Positions 1 through 9,350 of a stretch of 64,000 bases of DNA are shown here, piece by piece. Location: NCBI GenBank assembly GCA_038040395.1, contig JBBPIJ010000003.1, positions 127,131 to 191,130 of the forward strand, written 5' to 3'. The stretch is from Actinomycetota bacterium. Lineage in GTDB: Bacteria; Actinomycetota; Thermoleophilia; Gaiellales; Gaiellaceae. Under the pieces are notes generated by a model that saw nothing but the letters and a program-made list of their open reading frames with translations, ran no database searches and had not been told where the DNA came from. The position numbers were made by a program, and so were the translations under genes. Positions within the stretch are counted from its first letter, which is position 1, and every line of letters starts with the position of its first letter.

Positions 1-1975
1 CATCGTCGTCGACGACGTGCTCGTCTCGCGCAAGCACGCCGAGCTGCGCGGGAATCCCGTCTCGGGTTACGAGCTCGTCGACCTCGGCAGCCACAACGGC
101 ACGTTCGTGAACGGCGTGCGAATCGAGAAGGCGCAGCTCGAGCAGCTCGACGTCGTCGGCATCGGGCGCGCCCAGTTCCGGCTCGTCGGGGACTCGCTCG
201 AGGAGTACGTCGACACCGGCGAGATCAGCTTCGAGGCGCGCGGCGTGACCGTCCGCCTAGACGGCCATGTACTCGTCGACGGCGTCGGGATCAGCCTGCA
301 CGAGCGTGCGCTTCTCGGCATCGTCGGACCGTCCGGCTGCGGGAAGTCCACGCTGCTTCACGCCCTCAGCGGCCGTCGCCCGGCGACCAGCGGCACCGTC
401 CTCTACGACGGGCTCGACCTGTACGACCACTACGACGAGCTGCGCTCCCGGATCGGCTTCGTCCCGCAGGACGACGTCCTCCACCGAGAGCTGCGCGCCG
501 AGGCGCTGCTGGAATACGCGGCTGAGCTCGCGTTCCCGCCGGATGTGAGCGCCGCCGAGCGCTCGCAGCGGGTCGACGAGGTGCTGCTCGAGCTGGGTCT
601 GGCGGATTGGCGCGACCTGCGTGTCGACCAGCTCTCGGGCGGCCAGCGGAAGCGGATCAGTGTGGCGCTCGCTCTGCTGACCAAGCCGTCACTCCTCTTC
701 CTCGACGAGCCGACAACGGGCCTAGATCCGGGTTATGAGCGGACGCTGATGGAGCTTCTGCGCGGTCTCGCAGACGGCGGGCGCACGGTGATCGTCGTGA
801 CGCACAGCGTCCAGAGCCTTCGACTTTGCGACCGGACGCTCGTCCTCGCGCTGGGCGGCAAGCCCGCATACTTCGGGCCGCCGCAGCTCGCGCCGACGTA
901 CTTCGGGCGGGACGACTTGCAGCAGGTGTTCCAGGAGCTGAGCGCTGGTCGCGACGTCGACTGGGCCGCGCGCTTCCGCGAGCACCCGGATCACGACCGT
1001 TACGGCGCCGACACCGGCGAGGCGCCGGTCGTGGAGGAGCGCCCGGTGCCGCTTGCGGAGCGCCGCGGGCCCTGGCTGAGGCAGTTCAAGACGATGACCC
1101 GGCGCAACGTTGAGCTGCTCGCAAGCGACCGCCGCAACCTCGCCCTGCTCGCGCTCCAGGCCCCCGCTCTCGGGCTGATCATGCTGGTTGCACTGCCTGC
1201 GGGCCAGCTGTCCGCTCCTCCCGACGGCGCTCTGCGGGTCGCCGCGAGGGGCGGGCTCGTGCTGCTCACGCTCGTGATGGCCGCGACCTGGCTCGGCGCC
1301 TCGAATGCGGTGCGCGAGATCGTCCGGGAGCTGCCGATCTTCCGCCGGGAGCGCGCGCTGGGCATCTCGATCTCGGCGTATCTCAGCTCGAAGGCGTTGG
1401 TGCTCGGAACAGTCGTCGTCCTCCAGGCTCTGGTTCTGGTCGCTCTCGCGGCCGCGCGGCAGGGCGGGCCGTTCGACGCGGTCGCGCTCGGCTGGCCCTG
1501 GCTCGAGCTGGCGGCCGCGGTGGCTGCTGCCGGCCTCGCGGCAATGGCCCTCGGCCTGCTCGTCTCGGCGTTGTCCGGCCGGGTCGAGCGCGCGATGACC
1601 ATCCTGCCGGTGCTGATCGTCGCCGAGGTGATCCTCGGAATGGGCGGGATCTCGCCCGAGATGGTGTCGAAGCCGGTCATCAAACAGCTCTCGTACGTCG
1701 CGGGCACGCAATGGGGATTCTCGGCGGCGGCGTCGACCGCGGGGCTGAACGACCTCGAGCCCCTCAACGGTCTCAGCCGGACGGTGCCGACCCTCGAGCT
1801 GTCCGATCCAACGAAGGCGGCTCAGGGCTTCGCGAAGGCCTATCGCGGTGAGGCGCGCTGGGATCACACGGCGACGGCGTGGGGGACGAGCATGCTCGCG
1901 TTGCTCGGGCTGACCGTCGTCACGCTCGCCGGTGCCGGTCTGGCACTGCGCCGCGCCGATCGGCGGCGTCCGTGA
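1..1975 (+). CDS. FHA-domain ABC transporter, fused ATPase + ABC-2-type permease (5' end off-window)
   Basis: The frame is open back to position 2 (IVVDDVLVSRKHAEL..GSHNGTFVNG = FHA core). It has Walker A GPSGCGKST, signature LSGGQRKR and Walker B LLFLDEPT, followed by several hydrophobic helices. The architecture resembles Rv1747-type exporters. Confidence 0.85.
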   Translation, partial: IVVDDVLVSRKHAELRGNPVSGYELVDLGSHNGTFVNGVRIEKAQLEQLDVVGIGRAQFRLVGDSLEEYVDTGEISFEARGVTVRLDGHVLVDGVGISLHERALLGIVGPSGCGKSTLLHALSGRRPATSGTVLYDGLDLYDHYDELRSRIGFVPQDDVLHRELRAEALLEYAAELAFPPDVSAAERSQRVDEVLLELGLADWRDLRVDQLSGGQRKRISVALALLTKPSLLFLDEPTTGLDPGYERTLMELLRGLADGGRTVIVVTHSVQSLRLCDRTLVLALGGKPAYFGPPQLAPTYFGRDDLQQVFQELSAGRDVDWAARFREHPDHDRYGADTGEAPVVEERPVPLAERRGPWLRQFKTMTRRNVELLASDRRNLALLALQAPALGLIMLVALPAGQLSAPPDGALRVAARGGLVLLTLVMAATWLGASNAVREIVRELPIFRRERALGISISAYLSSKALVLGTVVVLQALVLVALAAARQGGPFDAVALGWPWLELAAAVAAAGLAAMALGLLVSALSGRVERAMTILPVLIVAEVILGMGGISPEMVSKPVIKQLSYVAGTQWGFSAAASTAGLNDLEPLNGLSRTVPTLELSDPTKAAQGFAKAYRGEARWDHTATAWGTSMLALLGLTVVTLAGAGLALRRADRRRP

Positions 1976-2820
1976 AGGCGTTCGCGTCGGCGGGAGCGAT
2001 CGCGCTGGCAATCATTGCGTTCGGCTGCGGCGGGCAGCGATCCGTGGCGCCGGTGACGCACTGGAAGCCGCCCGCGGTGTGCGAGCGGGGCGCAGCGGGC
2101 TGCGTTCCGCTCGTCGCAGCGGAGATGACGCGCCGCTACCGGCGGCTCGCGGCGTCCTGCGATCACGACGCCGCGTTCGCGCTCATGTACCTGCGCGTGA
2201 CGGAGGCGGTCGGGCGCGATGCGGGCTTCGCCGACGAGAAGTATCTCGCCCGCCTCGATTCGACGTTCGCCGCGTTCTACTTCCGGGCTTTCGACGAATG
2301 GCGCGCCGGCCGAACCGAAGCGGTGCCGCTGGCGTGGCAGATCGCCTTCCAGGCTGCCGGCCGCGGCCGCGCATCCGGGATCGGCGACCTCCTGCTCGGG
2401 ATGAACGCGCACATCAGCCGTGATCTCCCGTTCGCCGTCGCCGCCGTCGGACTGAAGCGCCCGGCGGGTCGCCGCTCGTTCGAGCAGGTGAACGCGCTGC
2501 TCGAGCGGGTTGCGCAGCCGATGCTCCGCGAGCAGGCTCGGCTCTTCGACCCGACGGTGACGAACTTCGCGCTGCCCGTCCTCTCCGCTAACCCGGGAAC
2601 ACTCGGAGCGGTCCTCACAGGTTGGCGGGACACGGCAATGCGCGACGCCGAACGGCTGCTCCGCGCGAAGACCCCCGAGGCTCGCGCGGCGGCCGCGGAG
2701 TCGATCGAGCGTACTGCGACGACGCGTGCCGCCCTGATCGCAGCGGCGACCTCACGTGTGCCCTACTCGCCCGCCGGCAAGGCGCGCGAGACGTTCTGCC
2801 AGGCGCACCGCCTCCCTTAG
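1972..2820 (+). CDS. DUF5995-like putative lipoprotein
   Basis: GTG at 1972 overlaps the upstream stop (GTGA). A signal/lipobox-like AIIAFGC is present. Motifs MYLRVTEAV, FYFRAFDEW and GMNAHISRDL are as I recall for DUF5995. The ORF-track start at 1879 would overlap the ABC gene by ~97 nt. Confidence 0.6.
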   Translation: MKAFASAGAIALAIIAFGCGGQRSVAPVTHWKPPAVCERGAAGCVPLVAAEMTRRYRRLAASCDHDAAFALMYLRVTEAVGRDAGFADEKYLARLDSTFAAFYFRAFDEWRAGRTEAVPLAWQIAFQAAGRGRASGIGDLLLGMNAHISRDLPFAVAAVGLKRPAGRRSFEQVNALLERVAQPMLREQARLFDPTVTNFALPVLSANPGTLGAVLTGWRDTAMRDAERLLRAKTPEARAAAAESIERTATTRAALIAAATSRVPYSPAGKARETFCQAHRLP

Positions 2821-2829
2821 CCCAGACCG

Positions 2830-5292
2830 ATGCGCGATCTCCCCTCCGGAACCGTCACCTTGCTCTTCACGGACGTCGAAGGGTCGACCTCGCTCCTGAA
2901 CCGTCTCGGGGACGGCTATGCGGACGTTCTCGCGGAACATCGACGGATCCTTCGTTCCGCGTTCGCCGAGCGCGGTGGCGTCGAGGTGGACACGCAGGGA
3001 GACGCGTTCTTCTACGCGTTCACGCGGGCGGGCGATGCCGTCGAGGCTGCGGGCGAAGGGCAGGCGGGCCTGGCCGACGGCCCGCTCCGGGTACGGATCG
3101 GCGTTCACACCGGCGAGCCGCTCCTCGTAGCCGAGGGCTATGTGGGAATCGACGTCCACAGGGCCGCGCGTATCGCCGGCGCCGCCCACGGGGGGCAGGT
3201 CGTGATCTCGCAGACGACGCGCGACCTGGTCGACGGCGACTCCGAGCTCCACGATCTCGGAGTGCATCGCCTGAAGGACCTGACCGCGCCCGAACGCCTC
3301 TATCAACTGGGGGCCGGCGAGTTCCCTCCGCTCCGCACGATCGATGCGACGAATCTCCCCGTCACCGCGAGCCCGCTCCTCGGTAGAGAGGAGGAGCTGG
3401 AGCAGCTCGTGGCTCTCCTTACGGACGGGACGCGCCTCGTGACGGTCACGGGCCCCGGAGGAACCGGTAAGACGCGCCTCGCGCTTCAGGTCGCGGCCGA
3501 GCTGGTCGGCACGGTCTCCGACGGAGTGTTCTGGGTCCCTCTCGCCGGCCTGACCGATCCCGGGCTCGTCTTGCCGGAGATCGCGCGGATGCTGCCTGCC
3601 CGCGACGACCTTGTCGGCTATCTGCGCGGAAAGCGGGTGCTGCTGCTGCTCGACAACTTCGAGCACCTGCTCGAGGCGGCGCCCGACCTCGCATCGCTCC
3701 TCGCCTCGGCGAACGGGCTGCGCGTGATCGTCACGAGCCGAGCCCCGCTGCGGATTTCCGGGGAGCAGGAGTACCCGCTCGAGCCGCTGCCTCCGGAGGA
3801 TGCGATGACGCTGTTCCTGGAACGAGCCCGGGGGGTCGGGAAAGATCTCGCGCCCGATCCGACGATCGAGGCGATCTGTCGCAGCCTGGACGGCCTGCCG
3901 CTCGCCATCGAGCTCGCCGCTGCGCGCACGAAGCTCATGAGCCCCGAGGCGCTCCTGGAGCGCCTCGATCGCGCCCTGTCCGTCCTCACGGGTGGCGCGC
4001 GCGACGCCCCCGAACGCCAACGAACCCTCCGCGCGACCATCGAATGGAGCCACGACCTCCTCGATGAGGAGACGAAACGCCTCTTCGCCCGTCTGTCTGT
4101 CTTCGTCGGGAGCTTTCCTCTCGGAGCCGCCGAAGAGGTCTGCGACGCAGACCTGGACACCCTGGCAGCGCTCGTAGACCTCAGTCTGCTGAAGCCCATA
4201 GCCGACGATCGCTTCCTGATGCTGGAGACGATCCGGGAGCTCGCCGCCGAGAAGCTCGAGGCGTCAGGCGAGGCCGACGAGCTACGCCGCCGCCATGCAA
4301 ATGCATTTCGCTCGCTTGCCGCCGATTGCTATGCGAGGCGCGTCGACGCGGAAGCCGAATGCTCGGAGCTTCTCGAATCCGACCACGACGACCTCCGCGC
4401 CGCGCTCGAGTGGCTCGCTGCCCACGACCCGGAGGCCGAGCTGGAGCTGGCCGGCGCCCTGGGGTGGTTCTGGCTCTCTCACTCGCATCTTCCTGAAGGC
4501 AGACGGCGACTCACCGACGCGCTCGCCCGATCGCGCGGAGCGGATCGCGTCCGGGCTACGGCGCTCACCGCCGCCGGGGGGATCGCGGGCTGGCAAGGCG
4601 ATGCCGACCGCGGCCCCGCCTGGCTCGACGAAGGCATCGCCCTGTGGCGCGAGCTCGGGGAAGTCGCGGAGCTGGCATACGCCCTCGAGACGCTCGGTTG
4701 GGCTCTCTTCGCCGTCGGCGAGAACTTGCCCTCGCTCGCCGCGTTCGAAGAGAGTCTCGAGCTCCGGCGCAGCTCCGGCGACGGGCTCGGCGAGATGCGT
4801 TCTCTCAGCGGTGTCTGCCAGGTGTTGGTCGCCGAGGGCGAGGTCGATCGCGCCGAGCCGCTCTCGAAGGAGCTGCTCGAGCTGGCCCGCAAGCGAGGCG
4901 AGCCGCGGGCGGAGCACTTCGGCCACCATTTCCTGGGCGACTGCGCGCTGATCCGCGGCGACTGTGACGAGGCCGAGGACCTGTACAGGGCGAGCCTGCA
5001 GGCAGCGCTTCCGCTCGGAGATCTCCTGGAGACGAGCTTCGAGGTGCAGGGCGTCGCCATGTCGGCGGCGGGGAAGGGCGATTGGGCGCGCGGCGTCCGC
5101 CTGGCCGCGGCAGGTGCCGCTCTCTGGGACTCGATCGGCTCCACATTGTCGGTGCCTTTCTGGAACGCGCTCCTCGACCGTTACATCGCTCCCGCCCGCG
5201 AGAAGCTGGGCTCTGAGGGGGACGCGGTCTGGGCCGAGGGCTACGCGATGCCATTCGACGATGCCGTGTCGCTGGCCCTCGACTCTGGTTGA
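2830..5292 (+). CDS. Class III nucleotide cyclase domain / STAND (NB-ARC-like) P-loop NTPase / TPR protein, alpha subtype
   Basis: The cyclase homology domain shows MRDLPSGTVTLLFTDVEGSTSLLN, TQGDAFFYAF and DVHRAARI. It also has P-loop GPGGTGKTRLA, Walker B LLLLDNFEH and an ARC-like LDGLPLAIELAA motif. The C-terminus is helical and TPR-like. No upstream repeat module is present. Confidence 0.85.
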   Translation: MRDLPSGTVTLLFTDVEGSTSLLNRLGDGYADVLAEHRRILRSAFAERGGVEVDTQGDAFFYAFTRAGDAVEAAGEGQAGLADGPLRVRIGVHTGEPLLVAEGYVGIDVHRAARIAGAAHGGQVVISQTTRDLVDGDSELHDLGVHRLKDLTAPERLYQLGAGEFPPLRTIDATNLPVTASPLLGREEELEQLVALLTDGTRLVTVTGPGGTGKTRLALQVAAELVGTVSDGVFWVPLAGLTDPGLVLPEIARMLPARDDLVGYLRGKRVLLLLDNFEHLLEAAPDLASLLASANGLRVIVTSRAPLRISGEQEYPLEPLPPEDAMTLFLERARGVGKDLAPDPTIEAICRSLDGLPLAIELAAARTKLMSPEALLERLDRALSVLTGGARDAPERQRTLRATIEWSHDLLDEETKRLFARLSVFVGSFPLGAAEEVCDADLDTLAALVDLSLLKPIADDRFLMLETIRELAAEKLEASGEADELRRRHANAFRSLAADCYARRVDAEAECSELLESDHDDLRAALEWLAAHDPEAELELAGALGWFWLSHSHLPEGRRRLTDALARSRGADRVRATALTAAGGIAGWQGDADRGPAWLDEGIALWRELGEVAELAYALETLGWALFAVGENLPSLAAFEESLELRRSSGDGLGEMRSLSGVCQVLVAEGEVDRAEPLSKELLELARKRGEPRAEHFGHHFLGDCALIRGDCDEAEDLYRASLQAALPLGDLLETSFEVQGVAMSAAGKGDWARGVRLAAAGAALWDSIGSTLSVPFWNALLDRYIAPAREKLGSEGDAVWAEGYAMPFDDAVSLALDSG

Positions 5293-5317
5293 GCATTTTG
5301 GGGGGGCGCCGCACGGC

Positions 5318-5935
5318 TCAGCCCGCACGGGCGTGAAAGCGCTCTAGCTCTCCAGCCACGAGCAGCGCGCACGCTCTTGCGCCCGGGAGCGGCAGCGCAC
5401 GGCCGCCCGCGCGAAGTGCGATCCCGTGGAACGCGCGCGGGATCAGCCTGTACTCACCGTCGACGCCAAGCGCCCGCGCCCGCTCATAGCCGCGGCGGGA
5501 GGTTGTTGGGCTCACTCCAGGAATGCCCGGCAGCGGGCGATCGAGCATCCCGTGGATCACCGTGAACCGCCGACCGCGCAATGTCTCGAGCGAGAGCCGG
5601 TCGGGAATCCACGGGGCCAGCCCGAGGACGGTCTCGACTGTCGGTTCGTCGGCGGCCTGAATCGCGACGCCGCCGCCCATGGAGAAGCCCAGGAGCAGTG
5701 TCCGTGCCGCGCCTGCGTCACGTACGGCTGAACGCGCGTCTTCGACGCACCAGTCCCACCTGTTCCAGGACTTGATCCGGTACTTGACCTCGGCGAAGCC
5801 GAGCTCTGGGAATCGAGGCGCGAGTTGTCGCACGAGCCACTCGATCGATGCGCTCCAGGTTCCGGCCACCGCGCCGGCCTGACCGCCGTTCACGCAGACG
5901 ACAGCCGCGCGTTCGGTCGGCCCCGTTACCCGCAT
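5318..5935 (-). CDS. Alpha/beta hydrolase (dienelactone-hydrolase-like)
   Basis: It has the nucleophile elbow GFSMGG and a late His in RAFHGIAL. The start is uncertain (5935, 5962 or 6079); the longest version is antisense to the methyltransferase fragment at 6045. Confidence 0.6.
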   Translation of the reverse strand: MRVTGPTERAAVVCVNGGQAGAVAGTWSASIEWLVRQLAPRFPELGFAEVKYRIKSWNRWDWCVEDARSAVRDAGAARTLLLGFSMGGGVAIQAADEPTVETVLGLAPWIPDRLSLETLRGRRFTVIHGMLDRPLPGIPGVSPTTSRRGYERARALGVDGEYRLIPRAFHGIALRAGGRALPLPGARACALLVAGELERFHARAG

Positions 5936-6044
5936 CTCCGCGCCTGTGGTCAGTCGCCCCATAAGGCAATTACACGTCAGATCAGATGCGTTCGTCGCGG
6001 ATAAAACGGCGAAAAGGTGGCCGGCTCCTGCCGCTGCGACCTCT

Positions 6045-6320
6045 ATGGAATCGGATTCCCCCATCGAGCCGCCGGTCATCTACCAGCACCCGTTGGCGTA
6101 CCTGCTCGGACTGGACGGAGTCGCACTGCTTCACGCGTTCGCTGGGGACCATGACCGCGAGTTCACCACGACTCGCTTCGACGAGATCCGGGCGCTCCTG
6201 GACTTCCTCGAGGAACTGGGCGACGGGGTGACGGTGGAGGCGATCTCAACGGAGGAGGGATACAGCAGTTGGGCCGAGGGCTACGCGATGCTGAGTTGGC
6301 TCACGAAACCGCGTACGTGA
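6045..6320 (+). pseudogene. Truncated, chimeric copy of the N-terminal part of the methyltransferase gene at 8348
   Basis: MESDSPIEPPVIYQHPLAYLLGLDG...FDEIRALLDFLEELGDG parallels 8348-8580 at both nucleotide and protein level. Homology then ends, and the methyltransferase motifs are absent. Confidence 0.55.
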
Positions 6321-7437
6321 TCACGACACCGATGAACATCGTCGTGCCGGCAATCGCGATGAGGCCGCGCCGATAGGCGAGCAGGACTTCGAGACGTGCG
6401 CTCGGTGAAGTCTTGCGCGGCGTCGCCGCGAGTGCGAGTAGGACGATCGCAAGCGCAAGCGCGAAGAAGAGGAACGGTGGAACAGCCTTGACCGCATCGA
6501 TGGACCTCCGGAACTGCTCGGCGAGCACGCCGCGGATGCGGGGGAAGCTTGCCTTCTGGCTCGAGGCGCGCGGCCCCTGAGGCGTTTTCGGGATCGCCGC
6601 GCCGTAGGCGCCTGCCGAGGATTGGGTCGCCTCGCCGGAGGTCGCGCATGCATTTAAAGCTCGATCTGCCACGACCTTTGAGTGAAGCGGATTCGGTCGG
6701 CCGACGATTACGACCCGCACGCCAAGAGGCTTCGCGCCGTGCGACGGAAGCGTTCGAACCGTGACTCGATACGTGCCGGAGCGCAAAACATGGCGGCCGA
6801 TGCGGCCGCGGAACTGCACGCGGTTCAGCCCGGCTCGGCCGTTGACCCGGAACCTTCCGACTACTCGGCAGTCCGGTGCCACGCGAACGAGCACGAATTC
6901 GACAAGCCCGCGGCGCGAGAGGCGGAAGACGAAGGTCGTACGGCGCTGCGCGCGAGGTCCCGTGCGCGAGATCCACGCGCGGGAAACCCCGAGGTGCGCG
7001 AGTTTGAGAGCCGGCTGCAGGGTGCCGGCGCCGAGGGAGCGATATCTGGCCGCGTTCCTGACCGCTGAAGACGCAGTGCCGCCCGCGGTCGTCCTTTGCA
7101 CGCGCGTCGAGTGAGATTTGTAACCGCTGCCCGCATGCGAGAGGGTCGCGGGAGGTGGTACCGGAGGCGGCGTGACCGGCGCTGGTGGCGGCGGAGGCTT
7201 CGGCCGCCCTCGGCCCTTTGATGGCTTCGGGCGAGGACGAACCTTCGGCTCCTTGGGGAGAGGACGAGCCTTCGGCTCTTCCGGGGGCTTGGGCGGCTTT
7301 GGATCGGCCTGCCCGGGAGGTGGCAGCTTCGGCTTCGACGGGGCGTACGCCGATGCTCGCATCGACCAGGCACCGACTACCCCTGCGCAGAGGAGGGCGA
7401 GGCAAACGATCCTCGTGATGCGGAGGGGGCGTCTCAT
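6301..7437 (-). CDS. Secreted proline-rich protein with C-terminal membrane anchor (hypothetical)
   Basis: It has an N-terminal signal-like helix (IVCLALLCAGVVGAWS), a long P/K-rich low-complexity stretch and a C-terminal pair of hydrophobic helices. I preferred it over the overlapping 6281..7504 frame. Confidence 0.5.
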   Translation of the reverse strand: MRRPLRITRIVCLALLCAGVVGAWSMRASAYAPSKPKLPPPGQADPKPPKPPEEPKARPLPKEPKVRPRPKPSKGRGRPKPPPPPAPVTPPPVPPPATLSHAGSGYKSHSTRVQRTTAGGTASSAVRNAARYRSLGAGTLQPALKLAHLGVSRAWISRTGPRAQRRTTFVFRLSRRGLVEFVLVRVAPDCRVVGRFRVNGRAGLNRVQFRGRIGRHVLRSGTYRVTVRTLPSHGAKPLGVRVVIVGRPNPLHSKVVADRALNACATSGEATQSSAGAYGAAIPKTPQGPRASSQKASFPRIRGVLAEQFRRSIDAVKAVPPFLFFALALAIVLLALAATPRKTSPSARLEVLLAYRRGLIAIAGTTMFIGVVITYAVS

Positions 7438-7457
7438 CCGCTTCGTAGACTCTAGGT

Positions 7458-8321
7458 ATGCAGTCGGTCGACGCCGTTTCGGCCCAAACGGGTCCGTCGA
7501 GCAACGCCTGGGACGCCTTCGGCGTGACGGGACACGACGTGCGCGAGCGTGACTGCTACGAGGTGCTCGGAGTGCCTAGAGCCGCGGACGGAGAAGAGAT
7601 CAGGCGCGCGTTTCGCAGGCTCGCGCGGGAGCTTCATCCCGACGTGTCCGCTTTGCCCCAAGCCGGGGAGCGCTTTCGCGAGCTCTCCGTCGCTTACACG
7701 GTGCTCTCCAACCCCCGAGCCCGGTACCTCTACGACCGGTTCGGCTATCGGGGGCGCGGAAACGGGTTTGGCTCCCGTAGGCGCCGCTCGGCGGGCCACG
7801 CGCCGATCCTGGCCGAGGTGGAGCTCGACACCTTCGATGCTGCGCGGGGGACACGCCGCGAGGTGCGCTACACCAGGCGGGACGAGTGCCTGGCATGTGG
7901 GGGTGAAGGCGTGGCGTCCGTCTCGGAGGCCCATCACTGCGATACATGCGGCGGCACGGGCAGGGTGCGCGTCTTCTCCGGCCTGGGTATCGCCCGCTGG
8001 CTCCAGGTCGAGACGTGCCCCGACTGCGGCGGCGAGAGCCGCGCTCCGAGCAGGGACTGTCCGGAGTGCGGTGGCGCCGGAAGCGTGACGGGGGAGCGGG
8101 TCGTGAACGTGCGCATCCCGCCGGGTGTGGAGGACGGGACCCGCCTGCGGGTAATGGGTGAGAAGCAGGACGAGCACCTTCTCGTGCGAGTGAGGCCGCT
8201 TCCCGAGGACTCCCTTCTTCTGCGCACTCTCGCTGCCGTGCTCCTCGTATGCGCGTTGGCGCTGCTCGCGTACTTCATCTTCAAGTCGTGGTCTCCTCTC
8301 GGCGCTACGCTCTTGGGCTAA
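7458..8321 (+). CDS. DnaJ-like protein (J domain + CxxCxGxG zinc finger, C-terminal TM helix)
   Basis: The J domain reads YEVLGV...ELHPDVS (HPD). There are four CxxCGG repeats (CLACGGEG, CDTCGGTG, CPDCGGES, CPECGGAG) and a hydrophobic C-terminus LLVCALALLAYFIF. Confidence 0.75.
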   Translation: MQSVDAVSAQTGPSSNAWDAFGVTGHDVRERDCYEVLGVPRAADGEEIRRAFRRLARELHPDVSALPQAGERFRELSVAYTVLSNPRARYLYDRFGYRGRGNGFGSRRRRSAGHAPILAEVELDTFDAARGTRREVRYTRRDECLACGGEGVASVSEAHHCDTCGGTGRVRVFSGLGIARWLQVETCPDCGGESRAPSRDCPECGGAGSVTGERVVNVRIPPGVEDGTRLRVMGEKQDEHLLVRVRPLPEDSLLLRTLAAVLLVCALALLAYFIFKSWSPLGATLLG

Positions 8322-8347
8322 CGATCGACCCTGCCGCCGCGACCTCC

Positions 8348-9282
8348 ATGGAATCGGATCCCCGCATCGAGCCGCCGGTCATCTACCAGCACCCCTTGGC
8401 GTACCTGCTTGGACTGGAGGGGATCGCCCTCCTTCACGCCTTCGCCGGGGACCATGACCGCGACTTCACTACGGCTCGTTTCGACGAGATCCGCGCGCTC
8501 CTGGATGCCGTCGAGGAACTGGCGACGGGGTGACGGTTGACCCGATCCCAACGACGGAGGGGTACGGCAGTTGGGCCTACGACGAGCCCGGAAACCAGCT
8601 CATCGACCTGGAGCAGCCGATCGTGCGGGAGATCCTCGACGGCCTGCCGCGCGGCGTCGCACTCGACGCTGCCTGCGGCACGGGCCGCCACAGCACCTAT
8701 CTTGCCTCGCTTGGCCACACGGTGATCGGCGTGGACAGCTCAGCCGCGATGCTCGAACGCGCGCGCGAGAAGGTGCCCGACGGCGAGTTCCACGAGGCCG
8801 ACCTGCACGACCTGCCAGTGCCCGACGATCACGTCGACGTTGTGGTCTGCGCGCTCGCCCTGATGCACGTCCCGGAGCTCGAGCCGGTGTTCGCCGAATT
8901 CGTCCGTGTCCTGCGACCTGGCGGGCACTTGGTGATCTCGGATTGGCGCTCGCTCGTCAAAGACATCGCCCTACCCGTGGTCAAAGCCAGGCCCGACGGG
9001 ACCCTTGGCTACATGCCGACCAAGAGTCGCCTCACCAGCGAATACCTCGCTGCTGCTCTCCCGCTCGGTCTGCTGGTCCTGAGGTGCGAAGAGCCCCGAG
9101 TCCCGTTCCCGTTGGTCGACGCCAGCGGCGAGTCGATCCACGGGGGCCAGGACCCAGAGCACGTCCCGGGGTCCCCGCCGAACGTCTGGGCGCTGCATCG
9201 CTGGTGTCCCGCGGCGACCAACGCTGCGTATCGCGGCAAGCCCTCCTCCATCATCTGGCACTTCCAACTCAGCGAAGTCTGA
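8348..9282 (+). pseudogene. Class I SAM-dependent methyltransferase interrupted by a 1-nt frameshift near 8520 (or a sequencing error)
   Basis: ORFs 8348..8533 and 8530..9282 are the two halves. The paralog at 6220 reads gaactgggcgacgggg where this copy reads gaactggcgacgggg, so one G is missing. The downstream half carries motif I LDAACGTGRH, VVCALALMHV and LRPGGHLV. Confidence 0.7.
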
Positions 9283-9350
9283 GTTCGGCACCAGCCGATC
9301 AGGAGGGGTGGATTTCGGGGGGTGGCCCGCGATGCCTGTGGTGGTCGTTG

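Noticed and set aside
722-2011. Long antisense or overlapping ORFs appear at many places. Examples are 722..2011(-), 2752..4053(-), 4282..5328(-), 12175..13581(+), 14277..14876(-), 18295..19335(-), 24234..25715(+), 32197..33630(+), 33748..34875(-), 42653..43858(-), 43925..44785(-), 54628..55602(-), 57066..58619(-), 59565..60608(-) and 61836..63059(+).
   Set aside because: They are typical high-GC shadow ORFs. They are Arg/Pro/Ala/Gly-rich and low in complexity, and they carry no recognisable motifs. Each fully overlaps a gene with clear family signatures on the other strand or in another frame.
6281-7504. This is an alternative 407-aa frame overlapping the proline-rich secreted protein gene.
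   Set aside because: The 6301..7437 frame has a signal-like N-terminus and C-terminal TM helices. The alternative frame is Arg/Ser-rich with no features.
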